Assembly (NCBI RefSeq): GCF_000181795.1
Contig: NW_003526941.1
Location: 3,250,178-3,314,177 of the forward strand
DNA length: 64,000 nt
Origin: Trichinella spiralis
Taxonomy: Eukaryota
Direction: 5' to 3'
Below are positions 1 to 12,699 of this stretch, piece by piece (within the stretch, counting starts at the first letter, position 1; every line of letters starts with the position of its first letter). The notes under the pieces are model-generated. The model was not told where the DNA came from. It searched no databases and saw nothing but the letters and a program-made list of their open reading frames with translations. The position numbers were made by a program, and so were the translations under genes.

Positions 1-2457
1 GAGGCACAGCATCGATGGGGGCATTCGAGGTCGTTTGGGCAAACTTCCACTGAGCCAACGTTGTAAAAAACCACACAAAATAATAAAAGAAATAACAATA
101 CGATTTTCATCATTCTTTCACCAAAGTACAGAAGCAGCGAGTGTCAGACTGGGCTTGAATGGTCAAGGTGTTTGTTCACCAACCGCTTGAGGAGCAGTGT
201 TTTCTGGCCTTCGACAGTAATTTAAAATAAAAACAGTATGATTCACGCATTTTCTTTAAAACGCTCTAGTCTCTTAAATGAAACTTGTTCTCAAATGTCG
301 GTCAGTTTAAACGAGTTTTGCTTCTTTTATAGCTCTTTCTGAAACAACTAAATGAACAATGACAATTCATTGAAGGCAACTGCAAATTTTCAGCTAAACA
401 GCATATATACCATACATATATACGCATAGGCTTATGCACATTCAAACATATCTATGTCTATAGGTGCGCATTGAAGAAGCATGCAATTCAATTGCACCCG
501 TGCAGTGATCAAATTTTCCATGGCTACTCTTTGTCAGTTTTGTTCGACAACGTACTAATTTATTGATGACTGAAGGTATAAATTTGTTATTTTAATCAGC
601 AAAGTTAAAAAACAATTGTAATATGAAATTTAACGAGTTCATATATGAATTTCAGGTTAATTTGTGACAATTTAAAAATAAGCATATGATTTAAAAAACT
701 ATTGTGGCAAACAATTGGAAAGCAAAGAGCCAAGAAAAGCTGCAGCAGCTTTTGGAATAATTACCTTGGAAAGATTGCTGCAATAAACTGTTGCTTGTAA
801 AATTTGAAAACTTAACACAAAAGTCTTTATTTATTAAAGTTTATTTATTTATTTATTTATTTAAACATCTGCGCTTTTAAACGAACATACAAAACGTGTA
901 ATTTTAATAATGTAATGTATACAGCACATTAGAATGTAGTTTACAAAAGAAATATTTCACGTGGCTAAGTAATAAAATATGAGATATTATAAAAATTGAA
1001 AATTGATGGTATTGCAAATAAAGTTAATTTTTATTAGATAAAATTTTATTTCAATTTTATCCTTCATTGACAATATAATAAATAACATTCAAAAGCACAA
1101 ATCTTTAAGATTGAAGACTTAATAATAGGACATATTTTCAGCAAAAAATGAGAAACAACATTAAGCATTGTTGATGATAATTAACCACATTTCAAAAATA
1201 TTTACATTTATTTAGCATTAAATTTTCAAATCAGAATATGTATGTAAATGCTTTCCTTTTGAATTAGATTCACATGAAAATTTTGATTCGATAAATATTA
1301 AATGAAAAAATGAACATTAGTATATGCTTGTCTTACATGCAACAATTCTGCTTTCGAATAATTGTTAATATTTTTACAGATGCAGTTGAAGTTAGAGAAA
1401 TGTTTTCATCGTGAAGTGCTTGGAAATAAGACTTCTAATGCATATTGAAAAGCAACGCCGAGCTGGATGTTATTAAACTTCTGCATAATGCAATTGTTGT
1501 TCTGTGGTGGGCAACGAACAAACCCGAAAGATCAATTGTTAACTGAAGTTTGGAAAATAAAATTGTTCACGTCAAACAATAGTCAAACAACATGGCAGGT
1601 GCCGCAACAGCTGATTAGCAATTTTAAAATTAGCTCAGTGAAACTGCAGCAATTTAATTTTACATTTGTTTAAACAGATCAGAACAACTGCCACGAATGT
1701 CTGACGGTGTCATCTGAGAATGAAATATTTAAATCAACAACGAAATATGAGAGCTGCTGCTGATAAATTAGTCAGATGTAAGTGAACTTTAAGATTTTAA
1801 ATTACAATCAAAAATCTACTTTGTAAATTTAAAGTAAAATAATATACAAATTTATGTTTCAGATTCATCTGTTAGCAATGTACAATTAACATATTCTCAA
1901 TGGATTGGACTTGCATTTCAATTAATACAGTATACCATCTCTTGAGTTTTTGTTTTAAAATGTGAATGTGTGAGAAATCAAAAACAAAGGAAATTCTTTC
2001 ATGTCATAAATTGATTTTCAATTAATTTCAAATTAAATTTAAATTCATTATTTAGCAACATTTCTTCCATTTGCAGCGCAATATGTACCGTAAGAAAATA
2101 ACAGTGTAATAAAATTTATCATTCATCGAAATTGGTAATAATAATAATAATAATTTTTTAGTTTATCACTGCAATGTAGTTGTATTGTTAAGAGGTATTA
2201 TAATGTAGAACTTTTCGCATTATTCAATATATAATTTTTGAATGTTTGATACCAGTGGATTTTTTATGTATTTAATTTAATTTAATTTAAGTTTTAAGTT
2301 TTCCACTAATTAAATGTTGCGGTTCTTTTTTTGTCATTATATTGATGTGGACATTAGTTGCTGAGTGCGGCAAAAATGTGAAAATTGATTTATACTGTGC
2401 GGCACTATGGCAACAGACGCACTACGGTTGAACGTATCTTTGCATGTGTACTCTTGA

Positions 2458-4608
2458 ATGATGATGCCAAATTCTGCTAAAACAGCAAATATGGGAACGT
2501 ATCCAGACAATCCTTGGTGGATTGATTCGTGCAACGATTGCGTTGGTGTAACCGTTAATGTAACCACTAGTTCAGGAATTGTTTTGGCTGATTTGAATGC
2601 AGATTCTGACTGGAAGCTGGTGATTGCAGATATTTCGCCAACCTTTTCGGACACCAGACTAAAGGTGATCACTAACAATTGTGTATTGTTGGAAGAACGG
2701 GTTAATGAATTGGTCTCATCAATTTGCGCCGTTCAGATCGACGATTCTGCAAATCAAATACCAGCTTTGGCTGTCGCTGCGTGCGACTGCATTCTTTTCT
2801 ATAGAAATATGAAACCATTTTTTCGCCTTCCAATACCAAGTCAAAATATATCAGACTTGGAGCAGCAAATCTGGCACAACTCTACCAATACTTCGGTAGA
2901 AAGTGAAATTATTCTCAAAGCGATGGAATATCTCCGCGGGCAGCTGCCCATATCACAAATGTCGACATTGTCTCAACGATATTTTGCGCTTGAAAATCAC
3001 GAAGAACGCTTGCAGTTTATTGCCAATCACAAAGATGAACCATTGAAACGACCCACAGTAGTGACTTGCATGTCCAAAATAAAGCGATCCACCGTCAACC
3101 AAGACGGAGTTGACTGGCTATTAGTTGGTACTGAAAATGGATGCGTTCACGCAATTGACTGTAAGTCTTTCAACATTCAATGGTCAGTACAGCTAGCCAG
3201 CACTCCCAGTTTTATTGTTGCCAAAGGTGCAAGTGATGTGGATTATAAAATTTTGATTTCTTGCCGAAATTCTTCCGTGTACACGCTGAAACGAGATGCC
3301 AAACAAACAAATGTCAAACTTTTGTTCACTTTATGTACGCAAGTTGTTGGTATAGTGCTTGTTGATCGATGTGTTGTCATCGGAAAAACGGACGAAACGC
3401 TCAGCTTTTATACAACGAGCGGGAAAAGCATATGGACACGTCAAGTATGATTAGTTGTGGTTTTTTGCAATTATAGCATGCACAAGTAATATTGTTTTTG
3501 CTTCGCATGCCGCCAGATCATTTTCATTAATATTATCTGTTTCTTTATTTTGGAGTTTAAAATTATATTCTTTTGAAATTTCTTAAACTTAACCAACATT
3601 TAAATATATGAGATTGTCTGTAAGTAGTAGCAGTTATAGTTTTTTTAATAGTAATTTATCATTTTGTAGGATATTCTGAAATTATTAGCCAAATAGATTT
3701 GCCATGTATTGATGTTGAAAATACTAATAGTAGAAATATTAGCAGTCATTCTAATTTTTACTTTATCATTATAACTTTAAACTAATGTGCAGATGCAGTC
3801 CAACATAATTACAATGAACGACATGTACTATCCGCCGAAGAATTTTGAAGCAGTTTTAGTTTCACTGGGCAATCGAACGGTGCACATATATAAGGAAGAC
3901 GCTTTATCGAACATTATTAATGCAGACGATATTATTGTTGGACTGCGATTTGGTTGTTTTGGCAGAGAAAAAGGTGTGTTGATTATGACGACAGCGAGTG
4001 GGAATTTGCGAGTGAAATTGTTGCGCAAAAATGCGAAAATGAACGACAAAATACCACTGGAACGGTTAGCAGCTATAGTGGACCAGCAGCAGCGTATGCC
4101 AATACCGAAGAAAACGAAATTGTTTATTGAACAAACAAATCGAGAAAGTGAACATTATAAAGCAATACACGAACGTTGCCAACGTGATTTATTGGAACTT
4201 CGGCTAAAAACCGCCGAAACTTATATGACGATGATGGAGAAAAGGATGAATCCTGTAGCTTTAAATTCGAAATTAGCTCACCATCAGCCGGTGAATCTTG
4301 CCGCTCAAGTGGTTGGATTTGGTCCACGATTTCGCTTGGATATCGTGCTCAGCACTGCGGTCAAATGCATTTTCGGTTTGAACATCTCAATTTTATACGA
4401 TACAACTATTTATGATTTTGAGAAAAACGTACTATATGTTCCTTTCTTATTACCGAATCGACAGTACAAATTTAGTGTTTATCTGAATGTTAGCAAAGAT
4501 CAGAGTTTTTCTTCGGAAATAACGCTTGTAATTCATGAAAGCAATTCCAATCAACCTATTCAGACGGTCTGCGTCATGATGCCAGCTTCTGATAATATTG
4601 AAATTTAA
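2458..4608 (+). CDS. BBS1: Bardet-Biedl syndrome 1 (BBSome subunit), 2 exons: 2458-3444, 3793-4608
   Basis: The N-terminal WIDSCND..IVLADLNADSDWKLVIAD, LLVGTENG, GLRFGCFGREKGVLIMTTASGNLRVKLLRK and IPKKTKLFIEQTNRE resemble BBS1. A phase-0 intron GTATGA(3445)..GTGCAG(3792) joins the two long ORFs in frame. The start codon is uncertain (2458-2491). Confidence 0.93.
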
Positions 4609-5652
4609 TCATTTAAATAAGAGCTATTATAATGGCAAAATAACTTGCGTTAGGTTTAAAAATAATGAAAGTTGTACAAAAATGATAAATATATTTCACA
4701 TTATTTTTAAATTTTTTCTATTATCTAAATTGCAAATGGTATTTGCCGTGAGAAGATAAAATTCGGTTCTACCTCAGTTGGTCAAATGGAATTGGAAACT
4801 GCTGTTGTGAAAATTTTCACATTCACTATTGTAGAATGTTACTTTGGAGCATGTGAAAATTCATAGGTTCACAAAATTTTTTACAAATTACATTTGCGTT
4901 TATTTAGCTTAGCGGTAGTGTTGACGGAGATACGAGATTGACCACCACCGTGTCGGTGTGGCACTGATTGAAAAACAAGTTACAAAAAATTTGGAATATT
5001 GAATTGTGTTAATGTAAAAATGAAAAAGATAAAATCTGACATAGTTTTGCGAAGTTTTAACGCTGTCTGAATAAAGAAAAGCTTGCACCACGAATCTGGA
5101 ACAAACTGAAATACTATATTGTAGAAATATTCAGATTAAAAAAATAAGTATCATTTTATGTATTAAATGGATTAAATTCTTGATAAATGTCAATTAGCAT
5201 ATAAAAATCGAAGTCTAAACTTTTATGGAAACTGTAATATAAACAATTTTCAGGTACAGTAATCATGAAATGTAGAGCATTCTTATCGAAAAAATGAAAA
5301 TTTTGACTTTTCAAGTTGTGAAATGCCACAACAAAAAAATACAACATACGATTTATCGAAATCAAAAAATATTAAATTAAAATTTTTTTTGTTGATTGAT
5401 AAAAATTTATTTGAATTTGAAAGTTTGTTATATATTTATCTAATTTTAATAAGTATAAAATTAACAACAGAAAATATGTACGAAGAAAAAATATTTTTTA
5501 TTTCTTTGAACTTGAAAATCAAATTTACGTTCCACTTGTATGTAAATAAATTGTCGTAACTCTGAGAGACGTGTGTGTTATTGAAATTGCGAACCAAGTG
5601 AACAGAAAATTTGACCTTTTCGTTATTCTTCTTATTCTTCAATATTGTTTGG

Positions 5653-6048
5653 ATGGGTCGTCTTTTTTTAGAACATTTAGGCGGCACTCGGCTATTTTCT
5701 TGCACGAACTGCGATGTATTTTTGACGAACCGTAGTGAACTAGTATCAACGCGATTCACTGGTGCAACTGGTCGTGCCTTTCTTTTCAACAAGGTCGTAA
5801 ATTTGGATTTTGGTGAGGTGCAAGATCGAATCATGCTGACCGGCAGACACATGGTTCGGGACGTGTCTTGCAAAAAGTGCAAAGTTAAATTAGGGTGGAT
5901 GTATGAGTTCGCTACTGATGAAAGTCAACGTTACAAAGAAGGTCGAGTGATTTTGGAACGAGCGTTGATAACAGAATCTGAAGGCTTCCCCGAGAATGTT
6001 GTTAAAAATCAGGAGACGGACACGTCTTCGGCTGTGTCATCGCACTGA
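5653..6048 (+). CDS. YPEL5: Yippee-like protein (YPEL5/yippee type), single coding exon
   Basis: [20 protein letters not shown]...[18 protein letters not shown]...[41 protein letters not shown], with two CxxC pairs of the yippee zinc site. The true ATG is at 5653; the track start at 5611 is TTG. Confidence 0.95.
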   Translation: MGRLFLEHLGGTRLFSCTNCDVFLTNRSELVSTRFTGATGRAFLFNKVVNLDFGEVQDRIMLTGRHMVRDVSCKKCKVKLGWMYEFATDESQRYKEGRVILERALITESEGFPENVVKNQETDTSSAVSSH

Positions 6049-6454
6049 TGTGCGTTAGCGAAAGAACAAATGCAACCTTGATGTGTAATTTGTTTTTACT
6101 CAGTTCACATGCATTCTTGCCTTCTATTATTATTGCACTTTGTTGCGAGCATTTGTTTTCCGTATGCTTATGGACGAAGTGAAAATTCTTTTTTGTTTCT
6201 GTCTTTTTTTATAAATTTTCTTAATTTTTGAAATAAATTTTAATGTAATAAAATGAGAATCTTTTTCTATTTTGAACGCACTTTAAGATTATTTGACAGA
6301 TGAATTTGTTTGATTTGTATGCTTACTTTTTTTCTATGTCGCGCTATGTTGAATTGCATAGTTGCAAGTAATAATGATATTGTCCCTCGTATAGATGCTG
6401 CGCCGAATTTTAAAACTATTTTGGCCATACTATTAAGAGTGCAGTTAACCGTGA

Positions 6455-7731
6455 ATGCAGTCGCAGACTGTGTACAAGGAGTGTTTTCGAATGATTGAAA
6501 CAGTTAATGGAAACACCTACTTCTTGTTTACAGTGCAGACGAAAACTAAATCCTACACAATTGACGAGCTTGATGTCACGCTAATCGATGGACTGGATCA
6601 CTGGAATTGCAAAAGTAAATTTCTTATCAATATATTCACTTATTTCAGTATACTTATTTCGGAGCAGTTGAAAATGAAATGTTAAAAAGTTTGGCTAGTC
6701 AGTCTGGATTATGCTTACTTGATTATGCGGAAGTACTACTGAGTGCGCTGTGTGATGAGATAACAGCGGAAGGTAATGATGATGTGAAAACTGCCTTCCT
6801 TTATGATGTAGCTTTCGGGAGTCAGTATTGCCAGGTGACCGGCTTTTGCTGTATTGAAGAAAATGTTTATTAGAAGGAAATTCATCGAAATTCTTTCATA
6901 AAGTGAATTATTTTTAGCTATCATGGAAGCAAAAACTAAGCAACTGCACATTTTATCATCTTGGAACAGCGACGTTGACGAAAATCGGCACTGCAGAGGT
7001 TGTTAGTTCGCTGCAGCGTTTATACAACTTCTCTTTCAGGGAAATTATGAATCTTAAAGAAGCTTTACACTCCCTCGAAACTAGATGCGTACGTCTGAAG
7101 CAAGAAAGATCACAAGCGTTTGCTGTACGTACTCTTTATTGCATATTGTTCGTTGGCGCTGATTTCTTTTTCAAAATATAAGTTACTGTCACAGTTTTAT
7201 TGAAGAGTTGTGTTTTATCGAAGACTGTTTAAGGATTTAAAGCAAGTTGTCGAAACAAAGCGATCTGCTGAGAATGAACTTATTGCAAAATTTGAAAAAA
7301 TATTGAATGAAAAAAAGAAAAGAATCAGGGAACTAGAAGACAAACAGCTGTGTACGTCGATACTGTAGCTTTTTGTTTGATTTTTAAGGAGGATGTATAT
7401 ATCTTTTAAATGTGTATTGTAAATTTTTTTCAGTGCTCTGTTTATACTTTTCCTATTGTTTTAATTATCTTTTTGTTTATTTAATTTTAATTTTTTGAAT
7501 TTTAGTTAACATTCAGCAGTCAACGGATTCGCAAAGTGACAGTGCAAGTTCAAGTCAGAAAAGCGAGACTTGTGAAAAGAGACTTTTTAGACTTTATTTT
7601 ATACCATTTTAGTTGAACTTTTTACCAGTGATCAGTTGGCACCATTTCGACCTGGAACATCTACATGCGCAACAAATTTTTTGGAAGATAAAGACAAAAG
7701 CGATTCGAATATACAAAAAACGACACCATGA
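6455..7731 (+). CDS. XRCC4: XRCC4-like NHEJ factor; exons 6455-6614, 6668-6834, 6918-7124, 7234-~7351, then less certain 3' exons ~7506-7731
   Basis: The in-frame GT-AG splice gives LDVTLIDGLDHWNCK (cf. human VITLTDGHSAWTG), LSWKQKL..FYHLGTATL (cf. FFEKNL..SFRLGSFNL), a coiled coil, and DLKQVVETKRSAENELIAKFEKILNEKKKRIRELE (cf. [33 protein letters not shown], the ligase IV-binding helix). Confidence 0.8.
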
Positions 7732-8104
7732 GTAATTGTGTTTGCATGCATAAATATGACCGGGTCATTACTATGCCTATATACACGTATACCGGCAGAG
7801 CTTTCTGAGTTTATCCACTACCAAAGAATTGTTACAAATTCATGGAGCTTATTTTCTGATTCAAAATGATTCGATTCGTATTTTTTATCCATACGATTTG
7901 TTTTTAAGATAATTTTCCAATGTTGCAATGCAAGTCCCCTGAACAGTGGTGAATGGTTGATTTTAAACGATTGTTTAAAAAATTTTACAATAACGTTTAA
8001 AATGAAAATAAAATATTAAGTTATGTTTAAAGTGTTAAACTTTTAAATTATGCTTTTGGCTTTCATTTGTTGCTTTATGTTACGTTGGTTCTTCAACTTT
8101 GTAG

Positions 8105-10430
8105 ATGGCGCAAAAGAAGTTAAATTTGATAGTGCAAAACTTTTGTGGAAGCGCTCTTCGGTTCTGCATTTCCTCGTCGTCAACGGTTTTAGATCTGAAA
8201 TGCATGATTCACAAGCGGATTGGTTTGGACCCGGAATTACAAAATTTGTCAATTGGAGAGACGATTTTGTCAGACGACTCACTGCTCGAAGACTGCGGTA
8301 TTGGCAACAATGATACGCTGCTTTTGACCATCAAAATTGAAACCAGCACTCGCGGCGTGGATATAGTTAACATTTTTGAACAGTGTTTTATCTCTTTTGT
8401 ATTTATATGCCGTTTTTAGACAAGGCGTATCACGAGAAGCGACAAGCGTATGTTTAAATTTTTCCAGAATGGTATTCAAAATTTTAATAGTACAATTAAC
8501 GACTTAAATTCTTTGATTAAAGAGGAAGATTTGCAAAATATGCAATTTCCAAATGAAAAAAGTAAGAATATGCTTGATGAACGAATCAACAGCAATTGCA
8601 TTGTTAGGGGAATGAATGTTTTTCAGAAGGAGTGCTCAAGTTGTGCGCAAAAGCACCCCAGGATAATGAAAAACTTCACAACGAAATGACGCGACAGCTC
8701 GATGAGGTGAAAACCCGTAGAACGATGAATGAAATAAAAAAGAAATTTCAACGAATAAAAGATGCAAGAGCTGAGGTTTTTGCTGGATTTTATTTTACTT
8801 TATGTTCTTTTATGTAATATATAAACCAAATTCTTGAATATTCTAAGCAGATTTCTGACAAAACGAATCCAATTTCTGAACTGAAAGCGACAGGGTGCAA
8901 GAAGACACTGTTTGAATCATCGATTGATACACTGCTTTGCAATCCTCAAAATGTAATTCTTGTGGGAACTAAAAGAAAGGTAAGTAAGTTGTGGTGTTAT
9001 TTTCAAACAGAATTTTGTCTTTGACGATTGTGTTTGAAAGAATCAACAGCATTATCTATATTATCTGTGGAAGATTGTAAATTTTAATATCATCTGTTTT
9101 AATATTGGTTATTATTATTTTAGCTGAAAGCTGCTTCCGAATGTTATTTAATCAAAAATAATGAAAAGCAGGATGGTGTTTTGTTTTTGAAAAGCAAACG
9201 TTTCATTTCTGGAACGAAACAATTGAAAAATATTGATAAAGTTGATTTAGATGCTTTACAACTAAATGTAATATTGCTTGTATGTCTAATTTTTTTGATG
9301 GATGCTGTTTAAATGGCTAATTTTTATTTTAGTCTTTAAACAAATTTGATAAGAATGGAAAACATCATTATGGACATGGTAAAAAATGTTATAATTCATA
9401 ATAATCGATTAATCAATTAATTATATCTTAATGCTGTTCTTGTTGTAGTAATTTGCTCCCCGATGTCGAAGCATAATAAATCGCAAGAATCACATTTGGT
9501 CTGTTTATTAGCTGCTGAAATTACCATTCGTTTTATTTCAAGAATAATTTTTTATTTTTAGCCAGCTGTTAGTGGTAAGAATGAATTTGCCAGTGCCTTG
9601 AAAAGAAAAGCTGTAAATGTGAAATCAAAAAAAGGAAAAGTAAGTATGAAAGTTCGATAATTGTAATTCGTGTGCAGTTTCATATTTGCTGCGACGATGC
9701 TATTGTTTATTTATTTATTTTTTGTTCAACTTTTAATTACTTCATTTGAAGGCATTCAGATGCCGCAGCAAAAGTGAAACGATTGTAGTTGAAAAGACCA
9801 CGAAGCCAGTGTCGATGTTTTCCAACATTGATAGCAGACTGCATACAATGACTTTGTCCGGTGCAAAAACTTATGTGCTGCACATGAAAACGATTCTCGA
9901 CTTGAATATAGTACGTATTTTTGCACAACGACTGAAAATGATTCGAAATTTGTTGCTGCCGTTTTATTTTAGAGAAAACCCAAACTTATCCCGGAGAAAA
10001 GTGTCGATAGGAAAAGTGCTTTTCAAGGTGAACATACTTTGCGTCGGAAACCGAAGAAGACTCACCTGATCACACACAATGTTCTGGTACGTTGTTTCAG
10101 CATTCATATTTTTTCACTCCTTATGTTTAGCTTTGTAATCATGGCCTCGCTGCGCAAAATAATTTTAAATCCATCTTATCACAGGGAAAAGGTTCACCAC
10201 TTGATGAAAAGTTGAGCTTGCAGTCGAAAGACAACAAGAAGTGCTACTGCAAAACCAAACACAGTTCATCCAAGATGTGCAAAAAGACACAACGGAACGG
10301 AACAACAAAACGGAAAAGATCTTCATCAAAAAATAATCAAGAAAAAGAATGTCATATTCGGCGAAAATCTAGCAAAGGATCAAATTCAAAAAAATCTCGT
10401 GGATCCAAATCCAAAAGAAGGGGAAGTTGA
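8105..10430 (+). CDS. Multi-exon protein with N-terminal ubiquitin-like domain (possibly ZFAND4/ANUBL1-related) and a Lys/Arg/Ser-rich tail
   Basis: LNLIVQNFCGSALRFCISSSSTVLDLKCMIHKRIGLDPELQNLSIGETILSDDSLLEDCGIGNNDTLLLTI is ubiquitin-fold-like. A DEVKTRRTMNEIKKKF helix follows. Many small GT-AG-bounded exons run to a basic tail ending at 10430. Internal exon boundaries are only partly resolved. Confidence 0.6.
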
Positions 10431-11093
10431 AAAGGAAAGAATACTAATAACAATTTTCTTATTCATTTGACAACTTTCTCTAGTGACTATTTTCTTACTG
10501 ATTTCACCTCCTCAAAAATTAATAATTTATCTTGTTGTTATGTGCAATTAGCTATTCTTTATGCGTGCAAAACCGCATGCAATCAATTGAACGCTACAAA
10601 TTACTTTCCACTTTATCACGTTGTTGCAGTTTTTAATCTGTATCTATCTATCTATATATATATATATATATATGTATATAATAAAATATAAATTTTTTAA
10701 TTTCAAAAAATTATTGTTTAAGATAAAAATTATGAATAAAATGAGCCTGAAATTGAGTATCATGGTTTACAAAAGTTGATACAGATTTATAATCTTTAGT
10801 TAAACGTGAAAATCAATAGATTACCGGAAAATTACAGTAAGTCAGTTATTTTGTCATTGATAGCCGCAGCATTTAAACGCAAAGCGCTTATTGTTGTTAT
10901 CCTTTTTTATTGATTTTAATTTTTGCAGCGAAATTGAATACGAGATTGAATTCTTGATATGATGTAAGTAGATGTGTACAAGTTTTACTGTTCTTAATTA
11001 GTGAACATTGATCACCTTGTCGAATGATGGTTCAATTTAGCGGAATATTTAAAGTTTCCAAGCAGTTTATTTTCCTTTATTTAGAAACAGAAG

Positions 11094-12699
11094 ATGAATA
11101 TTCTTGCTCAGCTCTGCTTGAGACACAGTTCGTTTAAACATTGGGTTAATTTTTCAACGTCAAAATCCGTCATCAGTGTTACCGATGCATTAATAGCCAA
11201 TAGCGATGAAACTTTTCGGAAGCTTGAACTGATTCCTAAACTTCCCGTTAAGAAAGCACAAAGCATTCGGTATGGTCGTTTTGCCAATGAAGTATGTATA
11301 TATGCAGTTTTCATTCATTTGTAAATAATTTGTATGCACTGTAGCAATTATTCTTCTCTTATGCATTGAGTAACAGATTTAATACTAGATAGTGAGCGAT
11401 TGGGAATATAACGTATTATTTATTAAAATTGCCGTGTCGTATGCATATGGATATAAATGTACAATATACAGTGAGTTAGGGAATCGAAATTGGAAGTTAT
11501 ACGTACTTTATTTTAATTATAAAATTTAAAAGAACGACATTATGTGTTTTCAAATTATTTGTATTTTAAAAGCGTACATTTGTTTCAGATCATGCCTCCG
11601 CGAGAGCAGCGACAGCCAATTGATCAGGATTGGCCAAGCGTTTGGCCAGTAGCACAGAGTTTTAAAGCTAGCTCTGTTCCTTTACCTTTACGTATGGGTT
11701 TTCAAAAATCTCGTTCCAAAAAGCCTCCTCCAGATAAGCATGCTAATTTGGAGTTAATGAAAATACCCAACTTTCTTCACCTTACTCCACCAGCAATTGC
11801 TAGGCATTGTGATGCTATACGTAAATGGTGTACTCCTTGGCCAGAACAGCTGAATTCAGACGAACGGTGTCGACATTACTTTCCAATTCAATTTGAATAC
11901 CATGATTACATTCACGCAGGCCCAACAGTACGGGATTCAAGATCTAGAGTTGTCTCTCTTCGTGTCCATGTTCGAGATTTGCCTTTGGATTATCATGCCA
12001 AAGACAAATTGTTGCGTTTAGTTGGGGATCGATACGACAAAAAGAATGACATTCTTACAATTACAACCAATCGGTAATTAGTGTTATTTGCTTTTAAATG
12101 TACACTACATTATTTATTTAATTGATATTATTATTTTGTATTCACATTAATATTAGATGTCCGGCGCGTCACCAAAATCGCGATTATTCCGTTTACTTAT
12201 TGACTGTTCTTTTTCACGAATCGTGGGTAAGTAATTTATTTTGAAATTTTGTTATAAAATGCTTGCAGTAAATCAGTAAGAAATATGCCACCAGAAATTT
12301 GAAGAGTGGGAGAAAGAGAAAACAGAACTGGATATGGAAAAGTATTTTTGGGAAAACAGTAAATCAGAGTTTCAAGTCAAGAATTTGTTGAAGCGATTAA
12401 AGAAAGCAGAATTGGTATTAATATAATAGTTACTGAATTTGTAATTTGATCGAGTAATAGTTATACATATATAGAGCTCAAAGACGAGAAATGGCAGTGG
12501 GCATTGTAGTCGTTTTGCATATTTGAGCCAAATAACGGAAGAAGATATCGAAAATAAGGTTTATAATATATTAGAATTCTGTGAATATGTGAAAGCTTGG
12601 GATCGGTATCGTAATGAGGAAACTGAAAGCCTAGAAAACGCTAAAAGCTTTGGAAAAGCAGTACGCAGTTTGCTAGATTTACCTCCATTAAATAAATAA
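11094..12699 (+). CDS. MRPS35: Mitochondrial small-subunit ribosomal protein mS35; exons 11094-11291, 11589-12073, 12157-12226, 12295-12414, final exon(s) to 12699
   Basis: [48 protein letters not shown] and [35 protein letters not shown] are characteristic mS35 motifs. Splice phases were checked for the first four exons. Confidence 0.93.

Noticed and set aside
1..215. GC-richer, exon-like segments at the window start (minus strand)
   Set aside because: Probably the 5' part of a gene extending out of the window, but too short to fix a frame or product.
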